Source: an uncultured Phycisphaeraceae bacterium
Lineage (GTDB): Bacteria > Planctomycetota > Phycisphaerae > UBA1845
Assembly (NCBI GenBank): GCA_964586145.1
Contig: CAZPHH010000009.1
Location: 5,912 to 69,911 of the forward strand
Length of the DNA stretch: 64,000 nt
Reading direction: 5' to 3'
In this document: positions 57,775 through 64,000 of the stretch, in pieces
How positions within the stretch are numbered: position 1 is the first letter of the stretch
How the letters are laid out: each line of letters opens with the position of its first letter
The notes under the pieces: model-generated
What the model was told of the DNA's origin: nothing
The model's database searches: none
Seen by the model: only the letters and a program-made list of their open reading frames with translations
Program-made: the position numbers and the translations under genes

Positions 57775-58086
57775 TCAGAACAAATCAATGTGGAAGCCCT
57801 GCCGAAGGACCACCACCGCCTTCTTGACGTCAGCCGTCTTGCCGGTCTTGAACCGCACCCGACGACGCTTGCCGCCGCGATTCGCCGTACGGACGGCCTC
57901 CACCTTCACGTTGTAGATCTTCTCGATCGCCTGCTTGATCATCGGCTTGGTCGCTTCGGCGTGCACCTCAAACGTGAACGCCCCGCCCCGAGCCGCCCGT
58001 GACGCCGACGCGTCATACTGCTGCTGGCTCTGGTGCGTACCCTTCTCGGTGACCAGCGGGCGCTTGATAATGTGGTAAATGTCCAT
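57775..58086 (-). CDS. rplW: 50S ribosomal protein L23
   Basis: IIKRPLVTEKGT...FEVHAEATKPMIKQAIEKIYNVKV. Confidence 0.92.
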   Translation of the reverse strand: MDIYHIIKRPLVTEKGTHQSQQQYDASASRAARGGAFTFEVHAEATKPMIKQAIEKIYNVKVEAVRTANRGGKRRRVRFKTGKTADVKKAVVVLRQGFHIDLF

Positions 58087-58088
58087 GG

Positions 58089-58754
58089 TCAGGATGCCCC
58101 GTCACCGTGTTCGACCCGTCCCGGCCGCAGGCGAACCGGATCGTTCTGCAGAACCTCAAACGCCGCCTGCGAAAACACCAACGTCGGCCGACGCAGCACC
58201 TCGCAGGCGTTCAACTCCTGGATCGCCCGGATCTCCGTTCGCGGAATGTTCCGCCCGGACCGGTACACCGCCTCGTTGTGCTCGTCCAGCGCCACCACCG
58301 CCCCCCGCTCCGCCCCGATGGCCTTCAGCATCTGGGCGAAGCGTCGCGTTTTGGGCGCGTCGAACGAAAGGTCCTTGACGATCACCGCGTGATTCGTGGT
58401 CAGCTTCGCCAGAATCGCGCTGTTGCGGGCCAGACGCCGCATTCGCTTCGGTACGTCCTTCCGCCAGTTCTGCTCGGCCTTGGCAAACGCCACCCCGCCG
58501 CCCCGACGGATGTTCGTCCGAAGCGTGCCCGCCCGCGCGTTGCCCGTCCCTTTTTGCCGGTAGAGCTTCCGCGTCGAGCCGGCCACCATCCCGCGGCTCT
58601 TCGTCCGGGCGCTGGCCTGCCGCTGATTGGACTGCCAGGCCACGATGGCCTGCTTCAGCAGCTTCACGCGGACCCGCCCGCCCAGCAGCGCCGGGTCGAT
58701 CTCCATCGAGCCCGCCGCCTTGCCCTGCATATCCACCACTGGAACCGAAATCAT
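58089..58754 (-). CDS. rplD: 50S ribosomal protein L4
   Basis: KSRGMVAGSTRKLYRQKGTGNARAG...RRGGGVAF. Syntenic between rplC and rplW. Confidence 0.92.
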   Translation of the reverse strand: MISVPVVDMQGKAAGSMEIDPALLGGRVRVKLLKQAIVAWQSNQRQASARTKSRGMVAGSTRKLYRQKGTGNARAGTLRTNIRRGGGVAFAKAEQNWRKDVPKRMRRLARNSAILAKLTTNHAVIVKDLSFDAPKTRRFAQMLKAIGAERGAVVALDEHNEAVYRSGRNIPRTEIRAIQELNACEVLRRPTLVFSQAAFEVLQNDPVRLRPGRVEHGDGAS

Positions 58755-58811
58755 GACCTCTGATCCACCGCCCGATTCGCCCAGGCGAACCGGGCGTCTT
58801 CATCGCCCGGT

Positions 58812-59462
58812 CTACTTTCTCGTTTTCGACTGCCGCACGAACACCAGCGACCCGTTCGGGCCCGGCACGCTGCCCTTGATCAACAGCAAATTGTGCTCCG
58901 CATCCACCTTCATCAAACGCTGGCAGCGGGCCGTACGCCGGTCATGCCCTTTGTGACCCGCCATCCGCTTGCCCTTGCGAATCGCCCGCCCGGTCCCACG
59001 CGTGGCCATCCCGCCCGCGATGCTGCCCGGAGAACGGTGCTTCCGCTCCGTCCCGTGCGTCGCCGGCTGCCCGCCGAACCCGAACCGACGCATCACGCCG
59101 GTGAACCCGTGCCCCTTGGACACGCCCGTCACGTCCACGTACCCGACACCCTCCGCAAACAGGTCGACCGTCACCACGTCACCCTGGGCAACAGCGGCCT
59201 GCTCGTTCAGGCGAATCTCGCGGGCGTACCGCTTCGGACCCGTGCCGGCACGGGCCGCATGGCCGATCAGGGCCTTCGTCGTCCGGTGCGGCTTGACATC
59301 CTCGAACCCCAACTGCACCGCGTCGTACCCGTCGACGTCCCGCGTGCGGACCTGCATCACCGTACAGGGACCGGCCTGCACGACGGTCACCGGCGTCACC
59401 ACGCCCGACTCATCGCACACGCGAGTCATGCCGATCTTCTTGCCTATCAGTGCCGGGATCAT
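58812..59462 (-). CDS. rplC: 50S ribosomal protein L3
   Basis: MIPALIGKKIGMTRVCDE...GVSKGHGFTGVMRRFGFGGQPATHG. Upstream 68 codons of the track ORF rejected. Confidence 0.92.
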   Translation of the reverse strand: MIPALIGKKIGMTRVCDESGVVTPVTVVQAGPCTVMQVRTRDVDGYDAVQLGFEDVKPHRTTKALIGHAARAGTGPKRYAREIRLNEQAAVAQGDVVTVDLFAEGVGYVDVTGVSKGHGFTGVMRRFGFGGQPATHGTERKHRSPGSIAGGMATRGTGRAIRKGKRMAGHKGHDRRTARCQRLMKVDAEHNLLLIKGSVPGPNGSLVFVRQSKTRK

Positions 59463-59625
59463 AATTCTCGCATCTAACCCGACCCGCGCCGGTACACGGA
59501 CCGGTCCCGCTCCGGGTTCTTCTGGCCGTGCGATCCAACTCACACAGCTCGATTGTCTCTCAAGATAACGTCGAAACGGGTCCGGTCGCCCGGTCGCCCG
59601 ACGGGTGAAACGAGGAAACCTACGG

Positions 59626-59940
59626 CTACGTCTTAATGCGGATGAACACCCCGGCGGGAACCACAAGCCGGTTCAGGGCCTCTACGGTCCGCGGGGTCGG
59701 ATCGTAGATGTCGATCAGACGCTTGTGCGTCCGAAGCTCAAACTGTTCCCGCGACTTCTTGTCAATGTGCGGCCCACGCAGCACCGTGTACCGCTCAATG
59801 CGCGTCGGCAAGAGCACCGGTCCGTGGACCCGCGCACTTGTCCGCTTGGCGTGATCTACGATCTCCCGGGCCGAAGAATCCAGCGCCGCGTGATCGTAGG
59901 CCTCCATCCGTATACGAATTCTATTACCGCTTGCCGGCAT
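59626..59940 (-). CDS. rpsJ: 30S ribosomal protein S10
   Basis: [22 protein letters not shown]...[39 protein letters not shown]. Confidence 0.93.
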   Translation of the reverse strand: MPASGNRIRIRMEAYDHAALDSSAREIVDHAKRTSARVHGPVLLPTRIERYTVLRGPHIDKKSREQFELRTHKRLIDIYDPTPRTVEALNRLVVPAGVFIRIKT

Positions 59941-60013
59941 GTTTCCGCCTGTACCACCTGCACCTGAACCTGGCGTATTCGCCCTGCCGCCCCAATAGCG
60001 CGACAGACCGGAT

Positions 60014-60041
60014 ACCGTATCTGCTCCGAGAATTTTGTCAA
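60014..60041 (-). promoter_or_regulatory. candidate promoter of the S10-spc-alpha superoperon
   Basis: Minus-strand TTGACA (60041-60036), 16 nt, TACGGT (60019-60014), about 70 nt upstream of the rpsJ ATG. Confidence 0.45.
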
Positions 60042-60055
60042 CACCCGCCCGCCAC

Positions 60056-60075
60056 GGGATTTTTGTGAAAATCCC
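60056..60075. promoter_or_regulatory. perfect 8-bp-arm palindrome just upstream of the S10 promoter -35
   Basis: GGGATTTT-TGTG-AAAATCCC, read directly. A/T-tract arms sit where an UP element or operator would lie. Confidence 0.4.
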
Positions 60076-60267
60076 GCCGCCCGGACCGATCCCGCTGGCA
60101 CACCAGCGTCACTGTATTTTCTAACGCCCCAATGCATACGCGGCCGCGCCAACCGCCGCTTTGGCGGGGTGCGAGCCAAGTGCCCCCTGTGGTATCATCC
60201 CCCTCCCGCCCCTTAGGGCATCGATCCGTGGTTGGCTCGACCCCCGGCGGGAGGAGGTGCTCATTCA

Positions 60268-61008
60268 ATGTCCCGCCTGTCTCTCCGGTTTGCCATGCTT
60301 GTCTGCCTCAGCGTCACCCTGTTCAGCGGCGCCGAACCCGTGGCCGCCCCGCCGACCACCGCGCCGCCACCGGACCCCACACGGTTTTCCGACGAGATTT
60401 CCCGGTTCATCGAATGGGACCGCCGTAACGCCTTTCCGAAGCATGCGATCCTCTTCGTCGGCAGTTCCAGCATCCGGATGTGGGCAACCCGCGAGAGCTT
60501 CCCCGACTGGCCGGTGATCAACCGGGGCTTCGGCGGTTCCCACACGTCCGATGTGAACCACTACTTCAACAACCTCGTCAAGCCGTACAACGCAAAGGTC
60601 ATCCTGCTTTACGCCGGTGACAACGACATCGCCAGTAACCGCAGCCCGGAGCAGGTCCGCGACGCCTTCCTTGCGTTTGTCGGCCGCGTCCGGGAAACCC
60701 AGCCCGACGTCCCGATTCTCTACCTCTCGATCAAGCCCAGTGCGAGCCGCTGGCAACACTGGCCGCGCATGAGAGAGGCCAACGCCCTCATCCGCGACGT
60801 CTGTGAGAAACAGCCTCACCTGACCTACGTGGATGTCGGCACGCCCATGCTCGGTTCCGACGGCAACCCCCGCCCCGAATACTACCTCCCGGACCGTCTC
60901 CACCTTTCCGAGGCCGGCTACGCCGTCTGGACCCGCATCCTGACCCCGATCCTTGACGAGATCCTTCACCCCCTGGTCAAACCGCCTGCTACGGGCGGGA
61001 CGCGCTGA
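60268..61008 (+). CDS. secreted SGNH/GDSL-family esterase
   Basis: Signal peptide MSRLSLRFAMLVCLSVTLFSGA. SGNH blocks FVGSSSI, GFGGS, YAGDNDI and a DRLH-type block V. ATG 60268 follows GGAGGAGG. Confidence 0.8.
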   Translation: MSRLSLRFAMLVCLSVTLFSGAEPVAAPPTTAPPPDPTRFSDEISRFIEWDRRNAFPKHAILFVGSSSIRMWATRESFPDWPVINRGFGGSHTSDVNHYFNNLVKPYNAKVILLYAGDNDIASNRSPEQVRDAFLAFVGRVRETQPDVPILYLSIKPSASRWQHWPRMREANALIRDVCEKQPHLTYVDVGTPMLGSDGNPRPEYYLPDRLHLSEAGYAVWTRILTPILDEILHPLVKPPATGGTR

Positions 61009-64000
61009 ACTGCCTCTGGAAGTGGGCGAAGTCGCGCAGGTCGACGTCGTCGTCCAGGTCGATGTCGAACCTCTCGCACTGGGGGGATTCGTAGGTGGCC
61101 GCGGGGCCCGTCATGCAGCCGGACCAGTAGGCATAGTCCTCCAGATCTACGCCACCCTCGCCGGTGTAGTCCCCGTCGGGCCACGAACGCACGAAGGTCA
61201 GTCGAAGTGCGTCCGCGTACATCCGCTGGTCCCAGCCCGCGCTCGGTTTGCCGCTGACGGCTTCCTCGGAAACATTCACCGAGCCGGCTTCGGCGCTCTG
61301 GCCGGAGTCGAACCAGTACTCGCCGAGCGATATCCACTGGTTTGCGTTCGTCGGCTCGGGCGCCCCCGTGGAAATCTGATCGATCAGCCGGACCGTCTGC
61401 CCCTGGTGATGGCGAATCGTGTACTTCGCGTCGTAGCAATTGGCGCCGTTGTCCCACGTCACGAAGGCCTCGTACCGGCCGCGGGTCTCGACGTGCGGGA
61501 TGAATGTGGCGTTGTCCGTGCCGGTGTTGGGCAGTTCATAGGTGATGAATCGACTGCCGGTGCCGGTCAGTCCGGGCGCCGTGCTCTTGATGGTGCTGTT
61601 GGCCCACGCTCCGATTTCGCTGTAGACGGGTGGTGGCGTCACGTTTCCGAGCGCATCTCGGCTCTCGCAGATGATGGCGGGGGCCGTGGGCACGTCGCAA
61701 AGCAGCTCGACCTCATCGATGTACACCGTGAACGGTCCCACGGTATCCACGGCGGAGAAGGCCAGATGTTCCAGCGTGCCCTTGTTCGTGAAAGAGGCGA
61801 GCACCCCGTCCCCCGTCATGCCGAGCACCGGGTCCGTCAGCGGGTCAAAGAGGAAGGTCTGCCACACGCCCGGCATGGGCTCCACCAGCCTGCCCTGAGG
61901 TGCCGCTCCCACGACGCTGTCCGCTCCAACCCATTCGATAGTTCCACTATCTCCGCCGTCCTCGCCGAAATCTGCGGTCGTGCCCGTCTCTCGAACGCCG
62001 ACGGCCAAGCGGAACCGTCCGGCCTCCACCCGCATACGTACACGAATCGGTCGATCCAATGCAATCGTCGGATTGGGAACGTACGGGCTGTTGTGCGTGG
62101 TCAGCCGCATCCAGCGGCTCGGATCGCTTTCCACGAATTGCCACTGGACCTTGCAGCAGGCCGATCCGCCGAAGGGCGCCACCTGGTCGGTGACACCGGC
62201 CACGTTCGGCTCCATCTCCAGATTCTGTGGCGTTGAACCACTGTACCGAGGATACTGGAACATCACTCGGGCATTGTTGGCGTAGCCCTCGAAATGACTC
62301 AGCATGACCGGATAACACGGGAGCGGGTCCTCCACCAGGACCTGCCAACTCACTTCATCGCTGCCTGCTGAATTCTCCGCCCGTACAGTGAAATCGATCA
62401 CCTGGCCCACTTCGTCCTCTGATGCGACCCAGCCGCTGACCAGGCCCCGAACGGATACGGCCGCCCCCGGCGGACCCTCGACGAGCGTCCAGGGTTGGGC
62501 CGTACCCTGAACCAGCGTCAACTGGCGAACGGGCTGCTGGCCGACCAGCACAACCTCCGGACCGGGCGAAACCTCCGCAATCACCGGCGACAAAGGAGTG
62601 TCGAACGCCATATCCAGCCGAACGATGTCACCCGCCAAAACGGTCGCCTGCCCGCCGATGACCACATAGCCCGAATGCTCAGCCGTGACCGCGTACTCGA
62701 TGCCTGCCGCATCGGTCGGGATCAGCGTGGACACGAAGTACCCGTTGCCGTCCGTCAGCACGGAGGATTGGCCCGCGACGGTTACCGTCGCATTCTCAAC
62801 CGGCTGGTCGGTCACTCCATCGGTGATCCGACCCCACAGCGTCCCTTCTACGGCGGCGGCCGTTCGCCAGGGCATCGCCGGCACCGGGGCTCGATCCGTG
62901 TACAGATTCTGGGCAACGTAGGGATACCAGGTCCAATCGGCCTCGAAGTTACCATCGAGATCGTTGTCGGCGGTTTTCGAGTAAGCGAAGTTGATCGTTC
63001 CGTCGGCACCCTGGTCGAACGCGTATAGCATCTGGATGATGCTGTTGGGCATCGAGTTCAGATAGAGGCACTGGCCGATGTACATGTGGCGCTGATAGCG
63101 CCATCCTATGGAAAGATCAACCCAGGTCCGATAGAGATCGCTTTGCGAGGGTATATGCTCGGCCTGGTAGTTCATGGGGCAGGCGCCGTCGAGCCAGCCC
63201 AATCGCATCCATTTCTCCCAGTCCTGGAACACGTTTCGATAGCCGTAGGTGTTCTTGAAGGTCGTGGTTGGGGTGCCCCATTCGACCACGGCAGCCGTGA
63301 GACTCAACGGTTGCACAGGATTCGTCTTGATGGCGGCCATTTCCGCCCGGCTCCTGCGAACCAGTTCGTCGATGGTCCGCCGGCGAAAATCGTCCCATCC
63401 GGTGTCACAACCTGGCACGGGCACGTCGGAGCGGCCGGTCAGGGCACGGAATCGGGCAAGAGATGAATGAGCGTACGTCGTGTCGACAGGGTAGCCGGCA
63501 TCGTAGCTGGAGTGGCGGATGTAATCCCAGTGAATGCCGTCGATCTCGTAATTCATCACGAGTTCGCGCACGATGCTGATCAGATACTCCTGCACCTCGG
63601 GCGACCCGGGATCGAGATGATAGAAGCCCTCGATCGTGGTCGGGCCGTCGCCCATATCCGCGGAGCGCACGCAGAGCCATTGCGGATTCGCCGTGAGGAT
63701 CGTGTTGCCCACCGGCGGCCAGGCCTGGCTCACCAGGTAGGGGATGAGCCGCCCGTGCACCTTGAGCCCGTTGGCGTGGGCCCGCGCAATCAGGTGGGCC
63801 AGTGGATCGATTTCCGGCGGATAGGCAAGTGCCTTGGGCAGGATGCTGGAGTTCCAGAGGGCCCCGTGAAGGCTTCCGGCCGTGTCCTGCTTGTACAGGA
63901 TCAGGGCGTTGATGACGTTGTAGTTGCCCTGCATCGCCCGGGCGACCATGTCGTCAATCTGGCCCACGTTCTGCAGCCCGGTATGACTAGCGGAAGTGGA
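60989..64000 (-). CDS. GHL10 (DUF187/YngK-like) glycoside-hydrolase-like protein with Ig/CarboxypepD_reg-like modules and C-terminal dockerin/EF-hand-like repeat; N-terminus lies outside the window
   Basis: GHL10-like HANGLKVHGRLIPY...FYHLDPGSPEVQEYL...EIDGIHWDYIR. C-terminus has DGDYTGEGGVDLEDY...DLDDDVDLRDF. The reading frame stays open to position 64000 upstream of the GTG used by the track. Confidence 0.8.
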   Translation of the reverse strand, partial: STSASHTGLQNVGQIDDMVARAMQGNYNVINALILYKQDTAGSLHGALWNSSILPKALAYPPEIDPLAHLIARAHANGLKVHGRLIPYLVSQAWPPVGNTILTANPQWLCVRSADMGDGPTTIEGFYHLDPGSPEVQEYLISIVRELVMNYEIDGIHWDYIRHSSYDAGYPVDTTYAHSSLARFRALTGRSDVPVPGCDTGWDDFRRRTIDELVRRSRAEMAAIKTNPVQPLSLTAAVVEWGTPTTTFKNTYGYRNVFQDWEKWMRLGWLDGACPMNYQAEHIPSQSDLYRTWVDLSIGWRYQRHMYIGQCLYLNSMPNSIIQMLYAFDQGADGTINFAYSKTADNDLDGNFEADWTWYPYVAQNLYTDRAPVPAMPWRTAAAVEGTLWGRITDGVTDQPVENATVTVAGQSSVLTDGNGYFVSTLIPTDAAGIEYAVTAEHSGYVVIGGQATVLAGDIVRLDMAFDTPLSPVIAEVSPGPEVVLVGQQPVRQLTLVQGTAQPWTLVEGPPGAAVSVRGLVSGWVASEDEVGQVIDFTVRAENSAGSDEVSWQVLVEDPLPCYPVMLSHFEGYANNARVMFQYPRYSGSTPQNLEMEPNVAGVTDQVAPFGGSACCKVQWQFVESDPSRWMRLTTHNSPYVPNPTIALDRPIRVRMRVEAGRFRLAVGVRETGTTADFGEDGGDSGTIEWVGADSVVGAAPQGRLVEPMPGVWQTFLFDPLTDPVLGMTGDGVLASFTNKGTLEHLAFSAVDTVGPFTVYIDEVELLCDVPTAPAIICESRDALGNVTPPPVYSEIGAWANSTIKSTAPGLTGTGSRFITYELPNTGTDNATFIPHVETRGRYEAFVTWDNGANCYDAKYTIRHHQGQTVRLIDQISTGAPEPTNANQWISLGEYWFDSGQSAEAGSVNVSEEAVSGKPSAGWDQRMYADALRLTFVRSWPDGDYTGEGGVDLEDYAYWSGCMTGPAATYESPQCERFDIDLDDDVDLRDFAHFQRQFSASRP

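Overview
This is a GC-rich, gene-dense bacterial chromosome segment. Its content points to Planctomycetota/PVC (inference): a short ~109-nt 5S rRNA, a PVM-like microcompartment operon with three BMC-P genes, and CxxCGYxLxG zinc-ribbon and dockerin-like proteins. Layout: 1-16 kb holds housekeeping genes (elbB, miaB, clpS, gdhA, PPi-type PFK, an Mla-like ABC/MCE transporter, a GT2, carbamate kinase, cdaA plus a cdaR-like gene) and a stand-alone 5S rRNA gene with its own promoter and terminator. 16-20 kb is a translationally coupled ECF-sigma operon that includes two bPH-domain membrane proteins. 20-24 kb is one ~1400-aa lyase/BNR/GH105 fusion enzyme. 24-31 kb holds cobB, a phosphoesterase, yidC and ribH-nusB-ftsY. 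31.3-41.6 kb is a 14-gene bacterial microcompartment (metabolosome) operon. 41.8-59.9 kb (minus strand) is the complete S10-spc-alpha ribosomal superoperon followed by HIT and GT2 genes. 60-64 kb holds an SGNH esterase and a GHL10/dockerin-like protein truncated by the window edge. The most interesting system is the BMC operon. It combines an aldehyde-oxidising core (AldDH, PduL, AckA) with a class I (DeoC/LacD/FbaB-like) aldolase, a catalytically degenerate RpiB-like protein carrying a EutQ-like N-terminal segment, and a PduS-like flavo-FeS protein next to a PduT-like BMC-T. It has no alcohol dehydrogenase, B12 enzyme or glycyl-radical enzyme. No CRISPR, tRNA, transposase or prophage signatures were seen by eye. 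Many long ORFs in the track are antisense or over-extended artefacts of high GC.
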